From the NCBI GenBank assembly GCA_002269645.1, contig NIVC01002394.1, positions 62,001 to 126,000 of the forward strand: a DNA stretch of 64,000 bases. Reading direction: 5' to 3'. The DNA comes from Macrostomum lignano. Its lineage: Eukaryota. Below the pieces are notes generated by a model. That model saw only the letters and a program-made list of their open reading frames with translations, had not been told where the DNA came from and did no database searches. This document shows, one piece after another, positions 30,808-43,728 of this stretch. The position numbers and the translations under genes were made by a program. How positions within the stretch are numbered: the stretch's first letter is position 1; each line of letters opens with the position of its first letter.

Positions 30808-31885
30808 GATGTTTTCATTGGTTTTTGGTGAACTAAATAAAAGTCCAAAAACAAAATTTTGCAATCGAATTCTTTATTCTTACATTTTATAAGTAATCGT
30901 GCAATAAAAAAGCAATTTTTTTATAATTTTTGCTTTTTGACTATGTTTTATCAATTTGTTTTTTTCAAAGCTATTTTATCGATCCTTGCGTCTTTATACC
31001 TCACTGCGTGTCAATCAGCAGAAACATGCACATTTTTTACTTCATGCACCAGCTCTACAAAACCAGTAGTAGAGCTGTAGTTCTCTGACCCGTGCCTTGA
31101 ACTATAATGCTCAACCTTATGCATGTATAGAAGTTGTTTCACACAGTTATTTAATTACGAGTAATTCAAGTGTTTTTGCTTTTATTTAATTGATTTCTGT
31201 TCCGGTAAACATACTAATTGTGTCAAAAATCCAGCCTAAGGATGGCTGTCTGTTATGGTCAGAGATCTGCTTCATTCTCTGTGATAAATGATATGTACAT
31301 ATTCAGTTGATCGCTGCACTTAGATAAATGCTAATCGGATACATATAATATTAAAATATCTATACATTTATGTAACGTTTATTTGATTATGCTTCTACGG
31401 CATCGATCTCGGCTACAGCGGTTTTTCCTGCGAACTTACACTTCACCTCCTTTGATTTTTACTGCGCTGTGACAGAATTTTACTGCGCCGCCTTATACTA
31501 CTAACCTTGTGCTTTTTCGCGGTGAAATCTATTAAGCGACTTAGAGATACTGATGTTCTACAGGCTCTATTCAATGTTTTTACGAATACCAGTCTATCAA
31601 TATATAGCCACTTAATGTTTTCAGTCTTTTAAGTAGTGTCAGAAAACTGATGTACATGTAAATCTACTTCTCTTCAAAAATACACACTTTAATTAAACGG
31701 ATTTCTCTTGCTTTTTAAATAAAATACAATATTATTTATAGTAATTAAAGTGTGTAATTACGTCACACACTTAATTAACGTGTGTAACGTTAATTAACAT
31801 TAACGTTAATGTTACCAGTAATTAACGTTAAACATTAAGTACCTCTTAATATGACTCGTTGGTATTCATGTAGCAGTATCCATGC

Positions 31886-32113
31886 ATTGGAGTTCGGTCA
31901 AAATTAAAATTCATAAGTGGTATGCTCCCCCTGGTGTAAGCCAATGTCAACTTGTATATGTATAACAACTTATATATTAGATTGTTATAAAAGTTGTTAT
32001 AAAGTTGTTATAAATCAACAAGTATATGTATAACAACTTATATATCAGTTGACATTGGCTTACACCAGGGAGAGCATACCACTTATGAATTTTAATTTTT
32101 ACCGAACTCCAAT
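31886..32113. mobile_element. 228-bp foldback/MITE-like element with 67-bp inverted arms
   Basis: 31886-31952 is the reverse complement of 32047-32113 with 2 mismatches. AT-rich internal repeats. No clear TSD. Confidence 0.7.
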
Positions 32114-33312
32114 ATATACTACAGTGGTCCTTGTTTTTAATTTTCCCATAATTTAGTGGTAAATGCTTGCGACAAGTAAAAAACTGACTTTGTAAAGCAA
32201 TTACCTGTAGCTCTAAAAATACTTTAATTTTGATTTTTTTAAGTTTAATACACTGCAATAAAGCAAATAACACCTTACTGCACTGTAATTAGAATTTTTT
32301 GTTGTAATGCGTTATCGTATTATCGTGACCGGTATCGTTCATTTTCGAAAGGTACAACTCTAGTTATAAATCAAAATCAAATATAATTAATTTAAATATC
32401 TAACGTCTATAATATACAAATGAGTACTGAGTAGCACCATGTCCATTACAGTTCAAATATATACAAAGTATTTAAATTTGGAGCATGGTTCAGCTTAAAA
32501 TAGGCATTTTACTTTTAAGTAAGATAAATTATTTAAAAAAGTATACAAGTAAGTTTTATGCATGTATAAAGCTATGTTCTATGTACAATAGTTTTGCCTA
32601 GTCTTAGTGAGAAAGGTGGCATGGCATGTGCCATGTGCTAGGACAATTTTTGGGGGACAATTTTACATTATCGATTATTGATGTTTAAAATAAGGACCCT
32701 TCAAATGCATGCACTAGGATTTTCATTTTCACCACCTTGATTATAGCCATAGTCAGGATCATGGCACACCTGTGCTGCACTGGAACAAATCCTGTAATAA
32801 AAGTTTGCTTGCGCCATGTGTTGAAACTATTTTTGTCAAAACAACAATAACAATATTAACATATTTCAATTTTTATACAACAATTTTGTTTGTTCAGCTT
32901 AACCTTGCTTAAGGTCCTTGACTAAACACTAAACACTAGTAGTGCCCAAGCCTTAAAATAAAATATAGTAATTCATAGTTTTAATAGAAAAAAATATTTG
33001 TAAATTAATAAATAATTTTTAATAGTTATAATATTCAATGAAATTTAGTAATAGAATATATCAAATTTAATTTTTGTCTAAATTCTTAAATAATTATACT
33101 AATTAATAACCTAATTAGCCTTTAAAGTTAGCCTATTCAAGCTTATTTATTAAAAATTAGAACTTTTTATCTTTAATTTTGTCTTTTATCTTTATTTTGT
33201 CTATTTGTTGATTACTAATTTTGTCTGTTTCTTAGAAAAGACTTAATTAAAGAAATGTTGCCTATAGGCATACAGTAATACAACTAGAAATTTGTCAAGG
33301 AGGCAGATTTTA

Positions 33313-35068
33313 GGTTCCTGGATACTTCGTCATCTTACCACTTTGTCATCCACTCATATTTTTGGACACTTTGTCATCTTACCACTTCATCATCCACATT
33401 ACTAATGTGGACACTTTGTCATCTATTCCCTGGACACTTTGTTATCTACTCCCGGGACATTTCGTCATCCACTTTTACTATGAAAAACTTTGCTATATAT
33501 GTAACATACATATACTCATACATGCAACTACATGTATAAAGATTAAGATTCAACATTATACATGTAAATGTATCTACATATAGATATAGTCGCCCTCCTT
33601 TCACATTCTGGGCTTGGGACCAGACAATGGCAGAGTTACGACCCACAAAGATAGTCATTAAATACCATAATTTGTAGCTATACATGTAGGCACAAAGATC
33701 ACAAAGTTCACAAAGCATAAAGAGAATAGCATTAAGACCTACACATTTAAATTATTGCAGAATTAATAGTACTAGCTAATATTAAGTGTAGCTAAATGTA
33801 GCTAAATTTTTCTTAGGTAAATGTAGCTAAGTAAAACTTTGAAGTTATACAACTGCAAAAGTGATTTTGTCCAAATAGAATAATTCCATAGCTGATTTTA
33901 AAAATCAAGGAAGAACTTACGTACATTAAATAAATACTCACTGATGGCCTTGCACTTGACCGCCAAACTGAGGGATGTGACCCAGGCGAGAGCAGCTAAG
34001 CAGGAAGCTGCGAATGGAGAGTTTGCCAGCTTGATATTTAGCCTAGTTGCTCTCCACAGACTCCTGCAGCTGCTGGTAACGCAACTTGCACTGACGCTCT
34101 TGGGCTCCTTGCTTGCGTACCAGGGAGGTGTAAACTGGCACAAGCTTGGCTTCAAGAATTGGCATGTTGCACTCATAGACAAAAAAATACATGTATGGCT
34201 TAGCATATTTAGGGGGTGAAAATGCTCTACAGCTTAGACTGTATGCGTGTGAAGGGTTGGTTAAGTCCCTGCAGGTGAAGCAAGGATCAAAAAACCCATT
34301 ACGTAACATCACTCTAGCTTAGATTTTATGGGGTTGTGATTCAAGGGTTGGTTAAGTCCTTAAAGAGAAATCCATTACGTAACTACACATGCATGGCCAC
34401 ATACTTTGTTGCCTCCCCTTCGGTTGTAGAAGTGATAATGCTTTAACGTTTTAATGCTTGAATGTTTTAACAATTAGGCCAAGAACTAAATGGCGAGCAC
34501 TAGTATTTCATGGCTTGGGCGTGAACAAAGGCCGCGCCACCGGCAGTGTCAGCCAGCAGACAGTCGACGTAATGCCAAGTTCGCGCTTGACCTCGCCAGT
34601 AGAGGGTGCCTGCAGTGTGAGCAGCAGCACCTCCTGCACCAGCTGTGGGCAGTACAACTTGGCGCGGATGAGATGGCCTGCAAGCTGGAGTCACCGACTG
34701 CGCAGTAAGATCGCTTGGACATGGCAGGCCAGCGCGGCAATAGAGTGTATGCCAATTATAGCAACAAGTTTAATTTCTAAGTGTGTATTTAATCCTAAAC
34801 CTAATACTTCCAAATATACTAAATCTCTAAGGTTTGTATGTATGCTTGTTACAGACTAAATTGACCGAGTAACAATTTATAACAATATAACAATCGAATA
34901 ACAACTTACAGCCTTGCGAAATCTTGGGATGACGAAGTGTCCTCAAAATTTGGTCACTTTGTCATCTAGATTTACTAACTATTTTTTGATATGACAAAAT
35001 GTCCGAAATCCATGGTCACTTTGTCATCAAGATGACAAAGTTGTAAGATGACGAAGTGTCCAGGAACC
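33313..35068 (-). mobile_element. Internally deleted Mutator-like (MULE) DNA transposon with a degenerate transposase C-terminus
   Basis: 38-bp TIRs (ggttcctgga[t/c]acttcgtcatctta[c/a]...ctttgtcatc, 2 mismatches). AGATTTTA duplicated at 33305-33312 and 33069-type site 35069-35076. Subterminal GGACACTTTGTCATC repeats. Minus-strand peptide EAKLVPVYTSLVRKQ...RYQQLQESVESN*AKYQAGKLSIRSFLLSCSRL at ~33970-34155. Confidence 0.8.
33940..34160 (-). pseudogene. MULE transposase C-terminal remnant with an in-frame stop (TAG where Trp is expected)
   Basis: Resembles, from recall, the EA.LV...KY..LQ....W..Y..G..S...L..CS C-terminal pattern of invertebrate MULE transposases. Not database-verified. Confidence 0.6.
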
Positions 35069-37337
35069 AGATTTTAGAAGGTAACTAGCAATCTTCGCCC
35101 CCCGTTGGGGGACATCTGTATAGAATCTCTGTTCTCTATAAGTACACAACAAGTACTAGTCTGTCGTGTCTACACGACATGACAAGTACAAGTACAAGTA
35201 CTCTACAAGTACACAAGTACCTCTACAAAAAATTTACTTGGGCCCTTCTTTAATTTTTTAATTTTTGCCTAAGGAGGGCAAATGTCCTTACCTGCCTTGG
35301 TTGCACTATTGTAGGCATTACATTTTTTATAAATAAAGTTACTTAGACAAAACATTCAATGAAAAAATCCTATACTTAATATATTATATCTGAAGCCTAT
35401 ATCTTTTAAATTAGTATAATTGTTACTACTTATGAGTAATCAAGCTTTCTATTTAAGAAAGCATCAAGCACAAGTGTATAACTTGATGCCTATTTAAAGG
35501 CATTGCTAAAATGTAGAATATAATCCATCTTTGTAATATTATTAAATGCCCCAATGATAGCCATTTCAATAATAGCCAAGTAATTTATAATAAAAAAAAT
35601 TATCAAGACTATCTTTTATAATATTAGGCCTAGCATCAATATTTTTGTTTTTAAGTCAATGAAGTTAATTTAAAAAAAACTTAGATGAGTTTAAATGTTG
35701 ATTGCATTATTTTAATCAACTATTTTTGCAACATATATATAGAGTATCTAAGTAGGACCCTAAATACCAGCATTAATAGCTACGAGGGCTGTCCCAAAAG
35801 TATTACTTTTCATTATATCTCTCATTTTGCTAATCCAAATAATATCATTTTGCATAGATTTATAGTGACAACCCTCTTCATATTAACTTTAACATTATTA
35901 AAAATAGACGCAACAAAAGTTAAAAGCTAAAATGTAGCAAGAGCTTGATCATAGACATATAGTAAGTCAACAAGTTAACAAAATTTTTCAAAGTGGTAGC
36001 TGTCAAATGGGTAATTGGCTGCAGTGAATGCTTTAAAATGACTGCAGTAAATGACTGCTAAGACCCATGAGCCAATGAAAGTTGAACATGAATCTTGGTT
36101 TAACTATGCCCCATCCTCCAAAGGGTGTATATCACACTCCTCTAAGCAACACTTAAATGCACATCCATGACTTTCAGTGTAGCAAAAGGAAGGAACAAAA
36201 AGCAGTGAAGCTAAAGCCCAGTTTAAAATATTCTGTAGCTTTAAAAATTATATGCTTCTCTTAGTTTTTCCATAGATATCTCTTTGTCACAGCAGCCTAA
36301 CAAAGAAGTCTAAGTGCATTCAATCAAAATTACTTTTGCTACTTTCTGCTAACTTGTTGACTTACTAAAGGTCTATGGTTGAGTTCCTGCTGCATTTTAG
36401 TTTATAAATTTAGTTTCTTCTATTGTCTATTCTTAATGATATTAAAGTTGATATTAAGAAAAGAGTTGCTGCTATAAATCTGTGCAAAATGATGTTATTT
36501 GTATGAGAGATATAATGAAAAGTAACACTGCTTTTGGGACAACCCTCATATATCAATTGAAAATAAAACATTTCATAGTGCATTGTCTACCATTAGTGAA
36601 TAAAATGTTTTATACTTTTTTAAATAGGGTTATATTTCTAAGTAATAACCAAGAATATATATTATTTGATTATCTTTAAATATATAAATGTTATTGTAAT
36701 TAGTTCTTATGTAAATTTACTTATGTAAATTTATGTAAATTTATAATTCTTAGACTAGAATAAACTGCAACACAATGACAAATTTTTATATTCTAGAATC
36801 CAAAAAAACCTTTTTGGCTCCATTTGGATTAGTTATATGGAATCCTGGAGAGATATGTTACACTTATATACAATTTATAATTGGCAACACTAGTGAATGA
36901 GTTGGTTAGTTATAATGTAAAACATATCTTGAGTGTGTAGTCCTCTACTTTTTAATAAGCTTTGTTAATTTTAATTTAAAATCCATTCATTTTATCTTGT
37001 TCTATTTCATCTACTTTTAAAGTTCTGTTTAATTAAATAGTTGTTTGTTACTTTTATACTTTCAATCAGTTTTTCCTCATAGCTTTCCTAAATGATAGTA
37101 TGTAATTTCATTGAAAAATTAAGTGATATTAGCTAATTATAATATGATGATTAAGGTTTATTTGCCAAATATTTTCCACTGTTAATAAACTTTTTATATC
37201 AATTATTGCTAGTTAGCTTAAAATTCTCTTAGTCTGTTTTGTTAAACTACCAACCTACAGTTATATTAAAGTTTGCAATTGCAACTGTTGCATTTGGCTT
37301 GACATTTCAGCTTAACTCAGTTAGGACAATAAAAACA

Positions 37338-40300
37338 ATGGCAGAAGCATTTGTAACACTTGCCACCAATGACTCCTATGCGCTTGGCGCAATTGTTTGG
37401 GCTAACTCTCTGCGCAATGTTAATACTACCAAGCAAATCTGCGTTATGATCACAGATGGTGTTAGTCCGCAGTTCAGGTAAGTTAAGTGAACTAATGAGA
37501 TGACGAGGCGTTTAACCATCGTAGTACATTAATAGTTACTCCCGCCGATTACCCGGAATTTTTATAATCTGTAAATGTGAATCATTTAGGCAAGCCCTGG
37601 CACGCGTAGCTGACCACGTAGAGATGGTGCAGCCTCTCGACAGCAGCGACCCGGCCAATTTGGCTCTGCTTGGCCGGCCAAACCTTGGCTGCACATTCAC
37701 CAAGCTGCACTGTTGGCGTCTGATTCGCTACACTAAAGCCGTCTTCATGGACTCCGACACCCTGGTAATGGCTAATATTGACGATCTGTTAGAACGCGAG
37801 GAGCTCTCGGCCGCGCCAGATCCTGGCTGGCCCGACTGTTTCAACTCTGGCGTGTTTGTCTATCGGCCTAGCGAGGACACTTACAGGTAAAGGCTGTGAC
37901 TAGGGTAGGTAGAGTAGCCAGTATAGCAGTAGGGTAGGTAGAGTAGCCAGTATATCAGTAGAGTAGGTAGAGTAGCCAGTATAGCAGTAGGGTAGGTAGA
38001 GTAGCCGGGGTAGGCAGCCAGCACTGTGGGGTAGACAGCCAGCACAGTGGGGTAGGCAGCCAGCACAGTGGGGTAGGCAGCCAGCACAGTGGGGTAGGCA
38101 GCCAGCACAGTGGGGTAGGCAGCCAGCACAGTGGGGTAGGCAGCCAGCACAGTGGGGTAGGCAGCCAGCACAGTGGGGTAGGCAGCCAGCACAGTGGGGT
38201 AGGCAGCCAGCACAGTGGGGTAGGTAGGCAGCCAGCACAGTGGGGTAGGCAGCCAGCACAGTGGGGTAGGCAGCCAGCACAGTGGGGTAGGCAGCCAGCA
38301 CTGTGGGGTAGGCAGCCAGCACAGTGGGGTAGGCAGCCAGCACAGTGGGGTAGGCAGTGAAGCAGCTGCCAGCACAGTGCTGCTCACTCCGCATCCGCAG
38401 GCGCCTGCTAGACTTCGCTCGCAGCTGCACCAGTTTCGACGGCGCCGACCAAGGCCTGCTGAACATGTTCTTCAACGACTGGGCCACTAAGGACATCACC
38501 AAGCACCTGCCATTCACCTACAACTGCGTGTCGCAGGCCTTCTATTCCTACTTGCCAGCGTTCCGTCATTTCCGACGCGACATCAAGGTGGCCCACTTCA
38601 TCGGCGAAGTGAAGCCGTGGCATCACTCGTACAACAGCGCCACAGGGCAGGTTGAACCGCGCGAAGGCACCGGGCACCAATCGGAGTTTCTGCAGCAATG
38701 GTGGGACATCTACGTCACCCAGGTGCACGCTATGCTGCCAGCCGGAGCTGTAAGTGTGCAGTTAGTTACCTGCGGCCTCTAGCAGATTGATATTCTCATA
38801 TTCAAGCATAAATTAATATGTTGTTATAATTTCTATCATTAACTTCTAGCCAGCAGCTGGGGATGCGGTAAGCCAGTGTATGGTAGAGTGTCATTGTCCC
38901 GTGTTGTTCAGCTGATGTATTAGTCAATTGGAATGCATCACGTGCATCCTATCTTGCATTTTATGCAACATATATAAATCCTTCTGATTTCATATTTAGA
39001 TCTGTTACAAATCGTAATATTTAATAACTGTGTATATAGACTAGCGCAACTTATAATTCACTCTAGATCTCTTTACAATCGGCACCAACTTATCATAGAT
39101 TGTCATTGTACGGTTAATTAATTTTTAATTAGAACTGTGTTATGATTATGATTATTAATTTTTATTAGCTTAATTGCACAATAGTATCTGACTGACTCTT
39201 ATTATCCAGTCTAACAGCCTTCGCTGAGGGGCTGGTTGGAGAGTTTTGGGTATGGAACGGAGTGGAAAAGCTTTGGAGGCATTCGCGAATGGGTTTGGGG
39301 ATGGGAAAAGGGCTGAAAGTTTGGGAGAGAAAAGCTTACTTAGTTGCAGAGATTTCATTTTGTGTATTCTGCAGACTTAGGGGGCAGGGTGGCTGGTCAG
39401 GAATGCGCTGGGCTTTCATTGTACACTACTTTCCCTATTCTAAATGTACATTGGATTTTGTACTGGCCTTCCGCGCAACGAGGCCGCTTCTACACCAAAA
39501 TCTGTTCCAGTTAGTGTCAACTATTGAAGATTGTTAGTTAGTCAGCAAGGAGACTGGGGGCAGAGGGGGTTTTGACATTTTTCGATGCGATACTATATAT
39601 AGTTTGTAACTTTACTTTATGTACTTTTTGCAATGTGCCAACATTGATTGACCTTCATTTGTTCTATGATTTAATCGTTGCGAAACGAGCAATACGATGT
39701 AGAAGTACATTCTGAACTTGAATTTCAACGATTTTCTTTTTATCTATTGTGCTTTGGTTGGGGAATCGAGTCCCGGACCTCTGCTGGGATATCACTACCC
39801 GTATTTCAACGCTTCGCGAACACACAAAACGCAGCGCCTGCTGCCAGACAGTCCCGAACTGGCCGAGGCCGCTCGCCAGCGTCGCCGCGTGCTAGCCGTT
39901 ATCAGCGGCACTCGCCGATTGGTTCGCCTACGCCGGAGCCGTCTAGTCCGCCGGCTTGGCAACCGCCAGTGGGGCTGGTCGTCGGCAACTGGGACGACAA
40001 CTAACGAGGCCGGTTTTGTTAGAATCCGCCGCAGCCAGAATCGCCTGGTCGAGGCGCTGCTGTTGCCGCCGCTGGCCTCGTCGGCTTCGTCCAGCTCCGG
40101 TCGGAGGCTCCGTCTGGCTGGCGAGCGCACATTCTGCTCCATCGTTCGTCAGCCCGCGGCGGCCACTTCAATGTTGACAACAACATCAACAACGACAACT
40201 TCGACAACAACAATAAGGACGCCTGCGTCATCTGTTGTGGTGTTCAGACCGGCCACTTTGCCAGCTGCGGACTGCGGCGTCGAGGCTGGGTCATTCACCA

Positions 40301-43300
40301 GGCACACTTTCATCACCCCGCTGGCCAAGCCGGATCCCAAGTCTGTGCACTCGGTTCGCATCAAGCAGAGTAAGAATAAGGCGGCAGCCGCCACGGCCGC
40401 TGCTGATGAAGAGGCGCAAATTGAGGTGGCTAGGACTAGTCGTTCCAGCACCACCACGGTGACGGTGACAGCGGCCGCCTTGGCTGATCGGCTGTTCGAA
40501 GCGCTCCACTTGGAGCCGCCAGCTCAGGAGCAGCTGGAGCGGTCGCGGATTCTAGCCCCGGCTGCTGAGATTGACGACTCCTACATTACTCGGCGAGTAG
40601 AGGAATTTGACGAGTCGGCAACCACTGGCGCGTCAGAGTATTATGAAGAATTCTATGACGAATATTATGACGAATCGGAACTACCTGTTGAGGTTTGGAT
40701 ACACGCCACTGAGATTTGCGAGATAACTCTCTGGCTGGCTTGCTATCTAACACAGTGTGCATTAACAGCGGCCCTACGTATTCAAATTTGCTTTGATTTC
40801 AAGGACACGGGAGCTGAAGTCTTTGATGAGTCAAGAGATTCGTTCCAAATCTCTTTCCAAACTCCGGTGTCTAAGTCTTCACTACGCGTCAGTAGGTCCA
40901 TGCAGCTGTCAGCTTGCAGTGTTTACTGCGCGTATCTTTCCTTTAACATCTTTGAAGGAATCTTTGAATACCTTAACGGTCTTGCTCACTTGTTTGGGTC
41001 TTGCTGCGATATTGATATTGAAGACTGCATTGTGGTCCTGAGTGGAAGGTCCTCGAATCGAATCCCGATTGGTTTCATTAATCTACCGCAATAATGCGTG
41101 TCCTAACAAAACAACATTTTCCTATAAAATAAAGAATACTGCAGTTTTTATGTGGATACATCGATTTAACAAAGATTGTTGCTGTTTTCATGGGCTGCGC
41201 CCAGTCTTTGAAGTTTATAATAACAAATGCTTACAGTATTTTAAAGATTTGTTGTTGTTCTAAACTGGCTAATTGTGCAGTGGGTTCGCGGAGCGTTTAG
41301 AGTTTATTTCATTGAACGATGGCCAAAATTTTATTGTTAAAACCAGCAACTATTAGAAAATAGAGAGAAGAATGCCGCAAGGGGTCTCCGATTAACTCGT
41401 TCTACTCAAACACGTGCTGCTAGTGCTGTCTGTCTGTCTGTCTGCGTCTGTTGCGTCCACCCCACGCCCCCGATAAGCCCCTCCGGCCTAGTTGTTGTGC
41501 CCGAAGGCAAATCTAGCACAAAATGCCGCCTTTATTTAAAATAGATAAAAGACTGGCAGAATTGTGCTGTCGGTGTTGTATCTCTTTGCATTCTTGTGCA
41601 CGTCGTTACACGCTATTATCGGGACGGAGGAGGGCCCGTGCTGCGTACATTTCTGTGACTCGGCTGGGTTGAGCAACAGTTGACAGGCCGAATTAGTAGA
41701 GAGCAGTTGTAGAGAGGAAAGGTCACGCAGCTTTATCGTGTTACGCAGTTGGCTTGCTTAATACGCCATTGGAGTAGAGTCTGACTGGGTATGCACGACA
41801 ATCTGATATCTGCCTCGGTCATATAAGACCTCGCAGGCTCTTGCACCCGTCACGCTTCCGTTCCGCTCTGTTGAAGGCTTTTTATTCGCTATTCGTATTG
41901 CATCGTTTGTCCATTCTCTATGCGCGAGTCTTTTCTGCCACTTGAAGGGAGGGCAGAGTTAGGCACAGAATCTGAGCCTTGTCTTGTGTCTGCTCTGCCC
42001 CGCTCTCCGCTGGCGTGATTCATTATTTTTCTGTGGCGGACTTTTGTGCCTTAGTCCAGTTGCGCTATACAAGCTGCAACGTAACTAAACTTTGTACCTT
42101 AGAGCAGTGGCTGGCAAGAAAAATATACAAGCCCCCCCCCCTGGGGCGATTTTACAGTCCAACTGGCAGTGTGAGACAGTCTGAGATAGCGTGGGTTAAA
42201 GTAGATAAATGTAACAAATTGGTTAGTGCTGTTTTTCGAATAACATGTAAACAGTTTTTTTTGTTGACTGGAACAATTTCAAATGCAAATTCCCAGTGAC
42301 CAATTAGCAGAAATGCAAAGTTTAAGAATGCATGCTGATAAAAAAGGTAAACAATCAAATTTAGTGCAACGTATTTGCGCACAAAACTAATCTCTTATAT
42401 CTGATCATGCTCAATAACTGAGAGTAGTCCTTGACTATTGTGTGTCATAACACTCACTAGTGTGTTTCATTATCTCACTTTTTGTATTAATGATTTTTAC
42501 CGACTGTTCACAGTTGGACACTAGAGCTGTGTTGTACGATTGTGTTGCTAGTACTTTGTAGCGGTAGCATCGGGGCAGATTGTAACAGCAGTAGCATCGG
42601 GGCAGATTGCAACAGCAGTAGCATGGGGGCAGATTGTAACAGAAGTAGCATCGGGGCAGATTGTAACGGCAGTAGAATCGGGGCATATTTCAACAGCAGT
42701 AGAATCGGGGCAGATTGCAAAAGCAACAGAATCGGGGCAGATTGCAACAGCAGTAGAATCGGGGCAGATTGCAACAGCAGTAGAATCGGGGCAGATTGCA
42801 ACAGCAGTAGAATCGGGGCAGATTGCAACAGCAGTAGAATCGGGGCAGATTGCAACAGCAGTAGAATCGGGGCAGATTGCAACAGCAGTAGAATCGGGGC
42901 AGATTGCAACAGCAGTAGAATCGGGGCAGATTGCAACAGCAGTAGAATCGGGGCAGATTGCAACAGCAGTAGAATCGGGGCAGATTGCAACAGCAGTAGA
43001 ATCGGGGCAGATTGCAACAGCAGTAGAATCGGGGCAGATTGCAACAGCAGTAGAATCGGGGCAGATTGCAACAGCAGTAGAATCGGGGCAGATTGCAACA
43101 GCAGTAGAATCGGGGCAGATTGCAACAGCAGTAGAATCGGGGCAGATTGCAACAGCAGTAGAATCGGGGCAGATTGCAACAGCAGTAGAATCGGGGCAGA
43201 TTGCAACAGCAGTAGAATCGGGGCAGATTGCAACAGCAGTAGAATCGGGACAGATTGCAACAGCAGTAGAATCGGGGCAGATTGCAACAGCAGTAGAATC

Positions 43301-43728
43301 GGGGCAGATTGCAACAGCAGTAGAATCGGGGCAGATTGCAACAGCAGTAGAATCGGGGCAGATTGCAACAGCAGTAGAATCGGGGCAGATTGCAACAGCA
43401 GTAGAATCGGGGCAGATTGCAACAGCAGTAGAATCGGGGCAGATTGCAACAGCAGTAGAATCGGGGCAGATTGCAACAGCGATAGAATCGGGGCAGATTG
43501 TCACCGAGACCCATTCGCGATTTGCAGGCGTCAAGCCAGGGTGAGCGAATCGCTTTGTCGCAGCAGGGCGGCGGCGGCGGCGACGGCGGCGGCGGCGGCG
43601 GTGCGGCGGGAGGCGCTGCCGGAGGTGGCAACCGTCGGGAGGCCTGGGAGCGAGGCGAAATCGACTACCTGGGCAGTGACAGGTTCGATAACGTGCTGTC
43701 TCGCCTGCGGGAGAACATCCAGGACTGA
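37338..43728 (+). CDS. GYG1: Glycogenin (GT8), 328 aa; exons 37338-37477, 37590-37886, 38401-38749, 43528-43728
   Basis: [24 protein letters not shown] (DxD), [32 protein letters not shown] (autoglucosylation Tyr), HFIGEVKPW and the C-terminal synthase-binding motif [20 protein letters not shown]. Phases 2,2,0; total 987 nt. Confidence 0.96.
37903..38357. repeat. 22-bp minisatellite (ggtaggcagccagcacagtggg) preceded by a related ~29-bp unit, glycogenin intron 2
   Basis: Direct tandem copies filling most of the intron. Confidence 0.95.
38850..38867 (+). CDS. Candidate 18-nt in-frame microexon of glycogenin (PAAGDA)
   Basis: Pyrimidine-rich acceptor ttctatcattaacttctag and donor cg|gtaagc. 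Phase 0/0 matches intron 3. Confidence 0.55.
39835..41094 (+). CDS. Candidate alternative terminal exon of glycogenin or a nested gene (419 aa, low-complexity, acidic/Tyr cluster, hydrophobic C-terminal part)
   Basis: Non-repetitive stop-free frame 39718-41094. Phase-0 acceptor (aaaacgcag) at 39834. AATAAA at 41128-41133. Confidence 0.5.
   Translation, partial: RLLPDSPELAEAARQRRRVLAVISGTRRLVRLRRSRLVRRLGNRQWGWSSATGTTTNEAGFVRIRRSQNRLVEALLLPPLASSASSSSGRRLRLAGERTFCSIVRQPAAATSMLTTTSTTTTSTTTIRTPASSVVVFRPATLPAADCGVEAGSFTRHTFITPLAKPDPKSVHSVRIKQSKNKAAAATAAADEEAQIEVARTSRSSTTTVTVTAAALADRLFEALHLEPPAQEQLERSRILAPAAEIDDSYITRRVEEFDESATTGASEYYEEFYDEYYDESELPVEVWIHATEICEITLWLACYLTQCALTAALRIQICFDFKDTGAEVFDESRDSFQISFQTPVSKSSLRVSRSMQLSACSVYCAYLSFNIFEGIFEYLNGLAHLFGSCCDIDIEDCIVVLSGRSSNRIPIGFINLPQ
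42563..43500. repeat. 27-bp minisatellite (gcagattgcaacagcagtagaatcggg), ~35 copies, glycogenin intron 3
   Basis: Near-perfect array ending ~28 nt before the acceptor at 43527. Confidence 0.98.
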
